Shown here: positions 50,280 to 61,983 of the stretch, piece after piece | Numbering within the stretch: the first letter of the stretch is position 1 | Layout of the letters: every line of letters starts with the position of its first letter | DNA from: Eledone cirrhosa | Lineage: Eukaryota | NCBI GenBank assembly: GCA_964016885.1 | Contig: OZ024749.1 | Location: 19,902,001-19,966,000 of the forward strand | Direction of reading: 5' to 3' | DNA: 64,000 bases | Made by a program: the position numbers and the translations under genes | The notes under the pieces: generated by a model | The model's database searches: none | What the model was told of the DNA's origin: nothing | The model's input: the letters and a program-made list of their open reading frames with translations, nothing else

Positions 50280-50742
50280 GTAACTATAACCCGTATCCAG
50301 CCACAATTCTTTCACCTCTTTCTGTTCAAACTGGCTGCTCATGCTTATGTTAAGGTATTATTCTCAAAATAATATCAACATCTCATAAATTTGATATTAT
50401 GTGGGATAATTATGTGAGGTAAAGCCTTTACTGTGAAAATATAATAGTATATATAGAGTAATGTAATTGTTATGAGATATTATGAGAGATATGTGAGATA
50501 TTTATGTGAGGTAAAGCCTTTACTGTGAAAATATAATAGTATATATAGAATAATGTAATTGTTATGTGAGATATTATGTGAGATATTTATGTGAGTAAAG
50601 CCTTTACTGTGAAAATATAATAGTATATATAGAGTAATGTAATTGTTATGTGAGATATTATGTGAGATATTTATGTGAGGTAAAGCTTTTACTGTGAAAA
50701 TACAATAGTATATATAGAGTTTATGTAAATGGTAAAGGGTTA
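50280..50742. mobile_element. Reverse-oriented copy of the TTAA MITE with an internal ~88-bp segment amplified 4 times
   Basis: Repeats of TATGTGAGGTAAAGCCTTTACTGTGAAAATATAATAGTATATATAGAGTAATGTAA; ends AAATGGTAAAGGGTTA. Confidence 0.7.
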
Positions 50743-50989
50743 TAGACCTAACTCCATTATTGATTGGCTCTTCAGCCCTGGTGATGCGACCAAAAATATA
50801 GTGTTCCATAACTTCTATGGTCTATTCTGTGTCAATCTACTATGAAACGCACATAATAGGTTGATACTTCATTCTTTTTAATATATATATATATTATAAC
50901 CTATGCCAGCATGGAAAAATGGACATTAAACAGTGATGATGATTCTGTTTGGAAATGATTTACTCTCTCTCTCTCTCTCTCTGTATATA

Positions 50990-51115
50990 TCTATCTATCT
51001 AGGGCAGGTAAAATTCCCGAGATCCATGGATGAGTTCTTTCCAGCAGTCTCTGTCCCTCATCAACGCTGCCATGTCCTGTGTCTCCAAGAGACCTGTGTC
51101 TGTCCTTAGGGCATT
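50990..51115 (-). mobile_element. RTE family B extreme 3' remnant
   Basis: Reverse complement resembles 61830-61950, including the TAGA tail. Confidence 0.65.
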
Positions 51116-51473
51116 TAAGCTGACATTTAATGATGATGATGATAATGATGATTATATATATATATAGTTTGAGATAAAAAAAAGACAAACATGAGATACA
51201 ATTACAAAAAGTTGGATTAGTTTCACGCTTGTTGGAAAATGGCAAAGGAATGTTTCAACATATCTGGCATTAGTTCTTGATCAGGAAAGAGGAAAGTTAG
51301 GAGAAAGTAGAGGTTGGAAGGTTACGAGAGAAGGAAAAAGGTTTATCAGGATATATATATAATCATCATCATCATCATTAAATGTCAGCTTTTCCTGCTA
51401 TCTCTATATATATATAGATAAATGACAAACAGATACAAAAGCAATTAGTCTTATTAGGTTCATTCTATATATG

Positions 51474-51510
<37 letters not shown>

Positions 51511-51613
51511 GTATATATAGAAATATACATATATATATATATGTATATATATAGATAGCAGGAAAAGCTGACATTATATATGTATATATATTGATATATA
51601 TATCAAAGGCAAT

Positions 51614-51666
<53 letters not shown>

Positions 51667-51824
51667 ATACTTTGGGAGGGTCATGTTGCCAATAAGAAAC
51701 ACACGCACCAGTTGCTTTCACTTCAATTTATTATATATTTATAAATTTATAAATTTACAAATCTACAAACTTATAAATTTCTGGTTGGTTGGTTGGTTCC
51801 ACAACCAGATAGTTGTTTATATAT

Positions 51825-51869
51825 AGTCATAGTCCTTTCGTCACACACTCTGTGACCTCCTCAGTGACT
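51825..51869 (-). ncRNA. Minimal hammerhead-like motif
   Basis: AGTCA-CTGAGGA-G-GTCACA(GAGTG)TGTGAC-GAAA-GGAC-TA-TGACT. Confidence 0.7.
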
Positions 51870-52082
51870 GGGGACCCCCTCTTTGCTTCTGTGCCCCCCC
51901 CCTTTCTTCTATCCCACGCCATCTTGTCTCTGTGTGTGTGTTGTGTGCTCAGTTTGCACATGCGCCACATCCGGGTGTCTGTGTGTGTTTGTGTTCATTT
52001 ATCTATTTGTTTATTTATTTATTTATTTATTTATTGTTGGTTGGTTGTTTGTTCTATGTGTGTGTGTGTTTTCATTTTGTCC

Positions 52083-53380
52083 TTAATTGTAAGTTGTGAT
52101 GTTGCTGTTCCACTCATATTTTCTATTTAATTTTGGTTGTAATTCTTTTATGCTTACTGCCTCTGTAAATTGCCTAAACATTGCATCTTTTCTGTGTGTG
52201 GATTCTATTTTTATTTCTATGTTCTCTAATCTACCCCTGTGCTCTATCTTAGCATGTTGGTAGAGCACAGATGATTCTTTATTATCTTGAAGGTCTCGCC
52301 AGTGTTCATTTATTCATTCCCTATACTACGAGCTGTCTCACCTATGTACACTATATTTTTGTTTCTACATTGTCCTTCAGTGCATCTTATGCTATACACT
52401 ACATTTCTAGTTTTACAGTTAATATGGGGGCTTATTTTACAGGTTATACATTTCTTATCTATACATGAGGGTCTTTGGAACGGGTATGTCTTGCTAATAA
52501 GTGTTTTTACGGAGGTACCTGGTCTTTCTACTATCTTAATATTGAGTTTATGTTTATTTAGGGCCCTTCTAAATTTGTAGGCTAGTTCGCCTCTAGGGGT
52601 TGTATTGATGAACATTACACTCTGGTATTTATTGCTATCATACCATGAGTTTATTCTATTGGCCTTGTTCCTAGTTCTTTCTATTCTATTCCAAAATTTG
52701 CTCCTATACAAGGGGCAGGTCCCATTTATGTCATTATTTACCATTTTTTCCCATTTGGTTCTGGCTTCTCTATACACTCTGATTCTATCTCTCTGATTGT
52801 AGCCAGAGAACTGCATACGGTGGATGAAGTGTTGTATGTGTCTCTCTAGTTCTTCGGGGTTGCACATGCGGGACACATTTCTCATCACCCGTACCAAATC
52901 CGCAATCAGTATGTTGATTTTGGTATGGTCCGAAATGGCCGAGTTTCGGTGGATCAGATGTTTGGAAGTCATGGGTTTGGCATAATGGGAATGGAGGATT
53001 TGTTTTTGGTTGTTAATGGTATCTAACCAGAGCTCTGTGTCTAGTACAGGTAATCGATGGTTGGGGTGTCTACTTGGGTAGTCTATAGTAACTCTAATGC
53101 TCTGGTGGATGGAGTTTGCTATTTGCTGGATGCTTTCCATTGTGTTTTTCTCTAGTTCCTGACTGTTCTTTAGTGGGGGTGTCTTAACTACGATGTTTAT
53201 ATCATCTACGTAGCGGGAGTACATTATCAGGGTTAAGCTGTCTTCTAATTGTTCTTTAAGTTTTTGTTTAAGTCTACTGTCCCACCATACCATGAATAAG
53301 TTAGCTATGTCGCCTGCAATGCTAACACCAATGGCTGCTACTTCTTCTTGGGCATATGTTTTACCATTAAATTTGAACAT
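52083..53380 (-). pseudogene. PLE RT-GIY-YIG fragment, frameshifted at ~52315
   Basis: YSRYVDD, VVYSIRC..YIGETARS; clearly homologous to 2755-4292. Confidence 0.9.
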
Positions 53381-53967
53381 ATGTTCCTTAAGGATTAATT
53401 TTATGCTGGCCCCTACCGCATGTGCTGGGCCCTACCGTAAAAACACTTATTAGCAAGACATACCCGTTCCAAAGACCCTCATGTATAGATAAGAAATGTA
53501 TAACCTGTAAAATAAGCCCCCATATTAACTGTAAAACTAGAAATGTAGTGTATAGCATAAGATGCACTGAAGGACAATGTAGAAACAAAAATATAGTGTA
53601 CATAGGTGAGACAGCTCGTAGTATAGGGAACGAATAAATGAACACTGGCGAGACCTTCAAGATAATAAAGAATCATCTGTGCTCTACCAACATGCTAAGA
53701 TAGAGCACAGGGGTAGATTAGAGAACATAGAAATAAAAATAGAATCCACACACAGAAAAGATGCAATGTTTAGGCAATTTACAGAGGCAGTAAGCATAAA
53801 AGAATTACAACCAAAATTAAATAGAAAATATGAGTGGAACAGCAACATCACAACTTACAATTAAGGACAAAATGAAAACACACACACACATAGAACAAAC
53901 AACCAACCAACAATAAATAAATAAATAAATAAACAAATAGATAAATGAACACAAACACACACAGATA

Positions 53968-54026
53968 CCCGGATGTGGCGCATGCGCAAACTGAGCACAC
54001 AACACACACACAGAGACAAGATGGCG
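53968..54026 (+). promoter_or_regulatory. Putative pLTR promoter: ETS-like CCGGATGT, NRF1-like GCGCATGCGCA, YY1-like CAAGATGGCG
   Basis: Three canonical TATA-less promoter motifs within 60 bp, ~55 nt upstream of the hammerhead core. Confidence 0.55.
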
Positions 54027-54077
54027 TGGGATAGAAGAAAGGGGGGGCACAGAAGCAAAGAGGGGGGGGGGGTCCCC

Positions 54078-54122
54078 AGTCACTGAGGAGGTCACAGAGT
54101 GTGTGACGAAAGGACTATGACT
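54078..54122 (+). ncRNA. Minimal hammerhead-like motif
   Basis: 5-bp stem I AGTCA/TGACT, CTGAGGA, 6-bp stem II, GAAA-GGAC-TA. Confidence 0.7.
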
Positions 54123-54435
54123 ATATATAAACAACTATCTGGTTGTGGAACCAACCAACCAATCAGAAATTTATAAGTTTGTAGATTTGTAAATTTATAA
54201 ATTTATAAATATATAATAAATTGAAGTGAAAGCAACTGGTGCGTGTGTTTCTTATTGGCAACATGACCCTCCCAAAGTATAACAATATCGGTTTCAACAC
54301 ACGATTTCAGATAAAGAATCTTGCTAAACAAATTCAGAAACGAAATATATATATATATATGTATATATATATATGTATATATATATATGTATATATATAT
54401 ATATACATATATATATGTATATATATATATATATA

Positions 54436-54813
54436 TCAAAGGCAATGACACACGACCGTGACCTCTGGCGTCATGCAGTAATACAGAGTACCCGACCTCC
54501 TATGGGTACAAGCTGAAGCATATAGACAATATGCCCCCACACCCCCCACCGCAAGGTGGTCGTGGAGGTGCCACGGCAAAAAAGCACCCAGCCCACACTG
54601 TAAAGTGGACGTGTAGGCGCCACGAAAAAGCACCCAGCACTCACTGTAAATGAGGTTGGTGTTAGGAAGGGCATCCAGCTGTAGAAATCAAACCAAATCA
54701 GTTCCTGTATGAGCAAGGCATGGTCAGCCGACCAGACACTGCCCACAACAGGACAACCCGTCTAACCCATGCTAGCGTGGAAGAACGGATGTAAAACGGT
54801 GATGATGATGATG
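54436..54813 (+). mobile_element. RTE family A (A2) 3' end
   Basis: [18 protein letters not shown], (GAT)n tail. Confidence 0.88.
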
Positions 54814-54961
54814 ATATGTTTGTATATATATGTATATATATAAGTATATATACATATGTTTGCATATATATATATATATGTATATATATATATGTATATA
54901 TACATATATATATAAATATATATTTATATGTATATATATATAAATGTATATATATATATAT

Positions 54962-57212
54962 CATCATCATCATCATCGTTTAATGTCCATGTTCCACGCT
55001 TGCATGGGTTTGGACGGGAGTTTTCCCACTTGAGGCAAGAGTGATTGTCTTGCTCGCATAGGACTGTCTGGCGGGTTTTCTACAGCTGGATGCCCTTCCT
55101 AACACCGACCACATTTACAGTGTGGGACTGGGAGGTTTTTACCGTGTGGCACCAACATAACTTTACATTGAAAGGGGTGGTGTGGATGGGGTGGGGGTGG
55201 TGGGACGGGGGGTGTATTTTGTTAGAGATGCCTACTGACTGTAGTAGGTTTTACTTTGTATTTAGGTAAGGCGGGTCTTCTCTATTACTGAGTACCGCCA
55301 AAGTGACATTGTCTTGGAGAGGTGTAAGTGTGTGAGGTCGGAATTTATCAGCTCGTCCCACGTTTTTCTGGGTCTGCCTACTCCGTGGCTACCATCTATC
55401 TTTATTGCCCTGCACTTTGTTATACAGTTGTCGTCTTTCATGCGCATCATGTGACCATATCAACGTAGCCTTCTCTCGAGTAAACAACATTTGATCCCTC
55501 TTATTTCTAATTTTTTCCTTAGTTCGTTTATGCTTTGCCGTTCACGTATATTATTATTACACATCCAGCGGAGCATGCAAGCTTCGTTCCTCTCTAGTCT
55601 GCGTATATCCTCTGCACACAATGCCCAGGTCTCACTGCCATGCAACATTGCTGTTCGTATGCAGGCATCATACAACCTGCCTTTCATTTTTAGGGAGAAC
55701 CCTTTAGCGGCTAATAGTGGTATAAGCTCTCTGAACTTTTTCCATCCAGTTCTGACTCTAGCTACTGTACTTTCAGAGCACCCTCCCCCACTGCTGACTT
55801 TGTCACCCAGGTAACGGAAGCTGTCCACTATTTCTATAGAACCCTCTGCGCAATTGAAAGAGCTAGTATTTTGTGGGCACTTGCTGCTACTTATTGCACC
55901 AGAGCACCGGCCACATGTAAAATCTGTGTTCTTAGTTAGCTTACCTGTGATCCCACTACATCTTTTATGCACCCATACTTTGCATTTGGGACATAAAATG
56001 GAGTTTCTACCTACGCCTTTCCTACACACTGAGCATGGCCATTTCCCGGAAGGGACCGGCGCCTTATTTTCTTTCCTACAAACTAGAACTTTAGTCTTAG
56101 CCAGGTTAATTTTAAGGCCTTTTGATTCTAGGTCGTGCTTCCATATTTGGAATTTCTTCTCTAGCTCGGCCATTGATTCAGCTATGAGCGTTAGTTCATC
56201 TGTGTATAGGAGTTCCCATGGGCAGCCGGTCTTGAACTCCTCTGTTATAGCCTGAAGGGCAATAATAAATAGTAGGGGGCTAAGAACAGAGCCCTGATGG
56301 ACACCAACTTTTACGCTAAACTCTTCACTATATTCGTTGTTAATTTTAACCTTGCTGACTGTTTCTTTATACATGGCTTGTATAGCTCTCACAAGCCATT
56401 CGTCAACACCTAGTTTTCTAAGAGCCCACCAGATAATGGAACGGGGGACTCTGTCGAAGGCTTTCTCCAAGTCGACAAAAGCTAAGTATAGGGGTTTACT
56501 TTTAGCTAGGTACTTCTCCTGTAGTTGTCGTACAATGAAAAGAGCGTCTGTGGTACTTTTGCCTGACACAAACCCGAACTGCATTTCATCTAGATCAATT
56601 CTCTCTCTGATTAGTTGCGCTATTACTTTTTCCGTGACCTTCATGACCTGGTCGATTAATTTAATGCCTCTATAGTTACTCCTATCTAGGGCGTCTCCTT
56701 TACTCTTGTAACAGTTAGCGATGATGCTGCTACGCCAGTCCTTCGGAACAACCCCATTCTGTATGACTTGGTTTACTATCCGGGTGACCATGGTGTGTCC
56801 CACCGTTCCAGAGGCTTTCAGCATCTCAGCAACTATTTCCGAAGGCCCAGCCGCCTTACCCGTCTTCATATCTTTGATTACCTTACTTATTATACTACCT
56901 TCGACTAACACTGCTGGTCCCTCTATTGGGTCGATGTGGGGGAGACTGTCTTTCTCCCATTTATTCTCCTCATTTAGTAGCCTTTCGTAGTGACACTTCC
57001 AAGCTACCTTCTTATCAGCGTCAGTGATGGCAAGTACGCCATCATCGTTAAGTACACACTTCTCCCCGACAATATCACGGTTTTCCTTGACACATTGCCT
57101 AGCAATCCTGAACACCTCACGTTTTTGGTCCTCGCGTTGTAGAACATGCTTGAACTTTCTTTCCTCTGCTTCCCTTCTTGCGAAGTACACTTGTCTCCTA
57201 GCTTCCCTCCTG
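54962..57212 (-). mobile_element. RTE family A (A1), 5'-truncated, defective
   Basis: 576-aa RT ORF (NYRGIKL, QFGF, FVDLEKAFD, QGSVLSP, YTDE instead of YADD), PHD insert, TGG>TGA at 55460; (TA)n at both ends. Confidence 0.93.
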
Positions 57213-57367
57213 ATATATATATATATATATATATAATATCATTTATTAATCAGCAATCATTAGAATATTTAGTTTGCTGTTCAACAAAAGCCATGCTACA
57301 AAGAGAAGAGAATGTGATAAAATGTCAGTTAATAACAGATAGAGGAATAATGTACTGTACACTAGTG

Positions 57368-57570
57368 TTACTACTACTGCTACTGCTACTGCTACTACTA
57401 CTACTACTACTACTACTAATGCTGATTCTGCTGCCACTACTATTGCTACTACTACTACTGCTGCTGCTGCTACTACTGCTGCTGCTACTATTACTACTAC
57501 TACTACTGCTGCTGCTACTATTACTACTACTACTACTGCTGCTGTTAGTACTACTGCAACTGCTGCTGTG

Positions 57571-57602
<32 letters not shown>

Positions 57603-57625
57603 ACTACTACTACTATTACTACTAG
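57368..57625. repeat. (CTA/CTG)n trinucleotide tract
   Basis: Direct reading. Confidence 0.9.
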
Positions 57626-57681
57626 AGATACAGTAGATGAATCATTTCAATATTAAGTATATAGCATGCAAACATATATCC

Positions 57682-57850
57682 TCATCATCATCATTTTACG
57701 TCCACTTTTCCCTGCTTGCAAGGGTGAGACGGGACCTGATTCTGGCTTGATTTCTACAGCTGGATGCCCTTCCTAACACCAACCCCATTTACAGTGAGTA
57801 CTGGGTGCTTTTTTTGCCGTGGCACCTCTACGACCACTTTACAGTGGAAT
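57682..57850 (-). mobile_element. Short RTE-tail/UTR-derived element (related pieces at 47953-48010 and 49829-50100)
   Basis: CATCATTTTACGTCC..., TTTCTACAGCTGGATGCCCTTCCTAACACC. Confidence 0.7.
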
Positions 57851-57869
57851 GATAGGGACCCCAGTCCTT

Positions 57870-58018
57870 ATCATCTCATTTCTACAGCTGAGTAAACGGG
57901 AGCAATGTGAAATAAAGTATCTTGCTCAAGGAAACAACACATCACACGGTCTGAGAATTGAACTCACAACCTTTCGATTGCAAGGCCAATCAATGTTCTA
58001 ACCACTGAGCCATGTGCC

Positions 58019-58020
<2 letters not shown>
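57870..58020 (-). mobile_element. tRNA-derived SINE, 5' portion
   Basis: A-box TGGCTCAGTGG, B-box GAGTTCAATTC, then CCTTGAGCAAGATACTTTATTTCACATTGCTCC. Confidence 0.75.
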
Positions 58021-58067
<47 letters not shown>

Positions 58068-58130
58068 TACACACAGACACCACACACTCCCACACATATA
58101 TACATACTTACATATATGTCTATATATACT

Positions 58131-58174
<44 letters not shown>

Positions 58175-58193
58175 AATATATATATATACACAT

Positions 58194-58229
<36 letters not shown>

Positions 58230-58538
58230 GTATGTGCACATGCCCACACACACACACATATATATACATACATCACCCAGTGGAAATCTAGAAATATAGA
58301 AGGCACACATAATAAAGTGACTTACAGAAATGGAATACACCTAGCTTACCCTATGCTATGTCGGATGTCTCCGCCTCGAACGACATGCCGTCTAGAACTC
58401 GTCCGCTCCGCCTCCGCTCCGTATTCCGCCTCCGAATAATAGATAACAAATAGATATATAGACATATATAGGCATTATTAAACACTCATAGAATAGGACT
58501 CAACATATATTACAGCCAATCATATACTAGCATGAATA

Positions 58539-58578
<40 letters not shown>

Positions 58579-58621
58579 ATGTATATATTCATGGAGTTAT
58601 ATATATATCTTTGTATATGTG

Positions 58622-58656
<35 letters not shown>

Positions 58657-58892
58657 GTGGGTGTGTGTATGTGTATATATATGTACTTGTCTATGTATAT
58701 ATGCATCATATATTATAATATGTATTATTAAAATATCTACAACAAAGCTATGAATAAAGTTCAGATGACTAAAAATTGAGATTGAGACATGGAAACTGTA
58801 AAGTTTATGTCACAAACTATTACATTGGACAAACATACACCACACTGTGCTGACATATGAACATACATCTGCAACATGGTGGTGCCATCATC

Positions 58893-60684
58893 ATGACGAC
58901 CCCAAGGAATGCGCAGAGCTCATTGCTGAATGCTATGCAGGCATTTTCACTATTGAAGACCAGAGTGTACCATCTCCACCACCTATGACACCGGACTCTA
59001 TTACAACCATGGAATTTATACCTGCAATGCTGCGACGTCACCTAAAAAATAAACGCAACCATGCCTCTCCTGGTCTTGATGGTGTTACGTACCTGCTTCT
59101 TAAACGTGGTGGGTACTTCCTTCTGCACCAGTTATCATGCTTCTTCCAATTCTGTCTGAACAACAGTGCTACTCGAGAACAGTGGAAAACTGCCAGTGTC
59201 ATTCCTCTGTTCAAAAAGGGTGACCGCACATCACCTGTGAACTATCGTCCAGTCAATCTTACTAGTTGCATCGCCAAACTAATGGAATCCTGTGTCAGAG
59301 AAACACTTTGGAACTTCTGGAGCTCTCACAGTCTTATCCGGCCCTCGCAATTTGGATTTATCCCCAACTCCAGCTGCTGTGATCAACTTATAGAGTTTCT
59401 TGAGGACATCACCCGGATCACTGATGGCGGCTCATGGGTGGATGTTGTTTACCTTGACTTTGCGAAAGCCTTCAATTCTGTGCCACACAAAAGGCTTATG
59501 GCAAAACTCTCTGCAATGGGTGTGAAGGATGATCTTTTTAACTGGTTGAAGTGCTTCATTCTCAGTCAAAGAGAGGTAGTCACGGTTCTGGGACAGCATT
59601 CCTCACCATATGAGATTTCATCTGGTGTACCACAGGGATCTGTTCTTGGCCCCCTTTTGTTTGTGGCATATATTAATGATATAGATGCTAACTTAAAGAA
59701 TGTCATGGTACTAAAGTACGCAGATGACATCAAGCTGTACCTTGAGATAAAAGGACAGATCCTGAACACTATAGATCTTGCTTGTAGTCTGACCTGGACA
59801 CAATGCAACAATGGATCTCAGACTGGCAACTCAAGCTAGCTGTGGACAGGTGCACCACCATGCATTTTGGGAGTAAAAACCCAGCATCCACATACTCCCT
59901 CCACAGCACTAATATCAAGAAGTCTTCTTGTGAACGTGACCTGGGCATTACGGTCAGCAGCGATTTGCATTGGACGAAGCACGTCTCTAAAATTGTCAAG
60001 AGGGCCGAGGGTGTCTTAGCATCACTCAGCAAGACTTTTGTCAGCCGCTCTCCAGATATCTATTTAAGGCTGCACATGACTATGGTGCGGCCACACTTAG
60101 AATTTGCATCACCAGTCTGGAACCCCTATCTTGCTCAGAACATTGACTGCCTGGAAACTGTTCAGAGACGTGCAACCAAGCGAATACCCTCCATCAGGCA
60201 TCTACCATACTCTGAGCGCCTTGCTTCCCTGGGCATGGATACATTGAAGCTCTGACGTCTGGCAACTGACTTGGTAAACACCCACAAAATTGTTAACCAT
60301 CTTGCCAACAACAACCCTGAGTACCTTTTTGATTTCCATGTGTCTAACACATGTGGACATGCCCACAAAGTCAGAAAACAGCACAGTTCCCATGACTTTC
60401 GGAAACATTTTTTCACGCTCAGAGTTGCTGAAGCATGGAACAAACTACCTGCATCAGTTGTTAGCTGTTGAGACACTGCATCCTTTAAGGCCTCCATGCT
60501 TCCCGAGATCAGCCAACACTACAGCTCATGTTCCCCCTCCATACACATACACACATGTATACCATGACTCATACACTATTCACTTCCCTGACATTTGTGT
60601 ATTATTCTATTTGTGTATTACACCTTTGACGAGTTGTAGTGCACCTGAGCACTTTACACAATAATTTCATTATTATTATTATTA
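58893..60684 (+). mobile_element. CR1-clade LINE, 5'-truncated, defective
   Basis: SPGLDG, NYRPVNLTS, YLDFAKAF, SGVPQGSVLGPLLF, YADD, ERDLGI, VRPHLEFASPVWNP, FFTLRV..WNKLP; (ATT)n tail; frameshift near 59760. Confidence 0.92.
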
Positions 60685-60704
60685 TACATTATACAACATA
60701 TATT

Positions 60705-60900
60705 GACAGTTGTAGAGCCTGTAGCAGTGGATACTTTCAGTGTTCTTGACCCCCAGACAACATCCCTACTCACTGCTATCAGAGTGCAGTTGGCTGCCTG
60801 CCTGTAGTTGTGAGCCTTTTGAGGTGGAGTAGCTGTTCCACTGCATCTTCCTCACCATCCTCTGGGGCAATGTATTCTCCACCCTGTCAGCCAGGACCCA
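60705..60900 (+). mobile_element. Degenerate 3' remnant of a CRE-like (restriction-like endonuclease) non-LTR element
   Basis: VEPVAVDTFSVLDPQTTSLLTAI...LF.CI.LTILWGN.FS.LSA resembles the 'PvavEt.G...qris.ai.rGNa' C-terminus. Confidence 0.5.
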
Positions 60901-61059
60901 GAGGTGAAAAGTAAGTTAGAGGAAATATTGATAAAATCTTGAAACAGTGACATTAGTTGATAATTTAGCTATCTTATATAGAATAATATATTCCAGAAAT
61001 TACATGGTCATCGTAGTTATAAGAAACATTTTGCATCCTTGTGGGATGTTAGCTATATA

Positions 61060-61121
<62 letters not shown>

Positions 61122-61122
<1 letters not shown>

Positions 61123-61950
61123 GGCTTTACTGTAGCACCGGCTCAGAGCAGGAGAGTTAGGGCGAAAAAGGTATCGGATGCTCTGAATTTGTCGACGACA
61201 TAGTTTTGGTGACAAATACAGTGAAGGAGGCAGAGGATTTGATGCGGGAGGTTGAAACTGTATCGAAGAGTGTGGGGCTGAGAATGAATGAGACTAAAAC
61301 AAAATATCTGGTAGAGAATGTTGAGAAGCCAGAGGAGATCACTAATGTAGGCGGGAAGCCGCTGGAATTGGTTGAGGACTTCCTGTATTTGGGAGCAAAG
61401 ATTGGGAATACGGAAGATGATGTGGTTGAGAGGAAGAGCAAGGCCTGGGCGGCGTGCCACAGCTTGAGATCGGTGTGGAAGTCGGACCTTCGTAGAGACC
61501 TGAAAATCCGCCTCTTCATTGCTGTAGTGGAGTCTGTGCTGCTGTATGGGTCTGAGACTTGGACACTGACCAAGAAACTCACTCAGATGGTGGATGGTGC
61601 TACACGAGAATACTGAGGATGGCTCTGAACATTAATCAGTATACACTGAGGATGAAAAACTCAGAGCTGTATGGGAGCATCCCAAAAGTCAGCTCAAAAG
61701 TGACACAGAGGAGACTGAGGTTAACTGGACATGCTCACCGACATCCAGAGTTGACATTGCACTCAGTACTCCTTTGGGAGCCCCTACATGGACACACTAG
61801 AAGAGGAAGACCAAGGTTAACGTATGTTGATGCCCTCAGGACAGACACTGGTCTGTTGGAGATGCAGGACATGGCAGCGATAATGAGGGACAGAGACCGC
61901 TGGAGAGAACTCGTCCATGGATCTCGGGAATTTTACCCGCCTTAGATAGA
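61122..61950 (+). mobile_element. RTE family B, 5'-truncated
   Basis: FVDD, GLRMNETKTK, FLYLG, LLYGSETW, RRLRLTGH, GRPRLTYVD; (TAGA)n tail. Confidence 0.9.
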
Positions 61951-61983
61951 TATATATGTATCATCATCGTTTTACGTCCGTTC

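Larger units (their letters stand above)
51661..54346 (-). mobile_element. Penelope-like element family 3, with an inverted 3' copy at its truncated 5' end (fold-back)
   Basis: Main copy 51661-53390 (-); inverted copy 53435-54346 (+); (TA)n flanks; TATATCAAAGGCAATGACA duplicated at ~51599 and ~54432. Confidence 0.92.

Noticed and set aside
57940-58020. tRNA gene
   Set aside because: A and B boxes are present, but there is no closed cloverleaf and the sequence continues into a SINE body
10131-58753. Numerous YIYI / CVCV / HTHT / poly-Leu ORFs
   Set aside because: Translations of (TA)n, (TG)n, (CA)n and (CTA)n microsatellites
60765-60885. Minus-strand host exon (CAG/GGTGG...GCA/GTGAGT)
   Set aside because: The plus-strand translation fits a CRE-like retrotransposon C-terminus better
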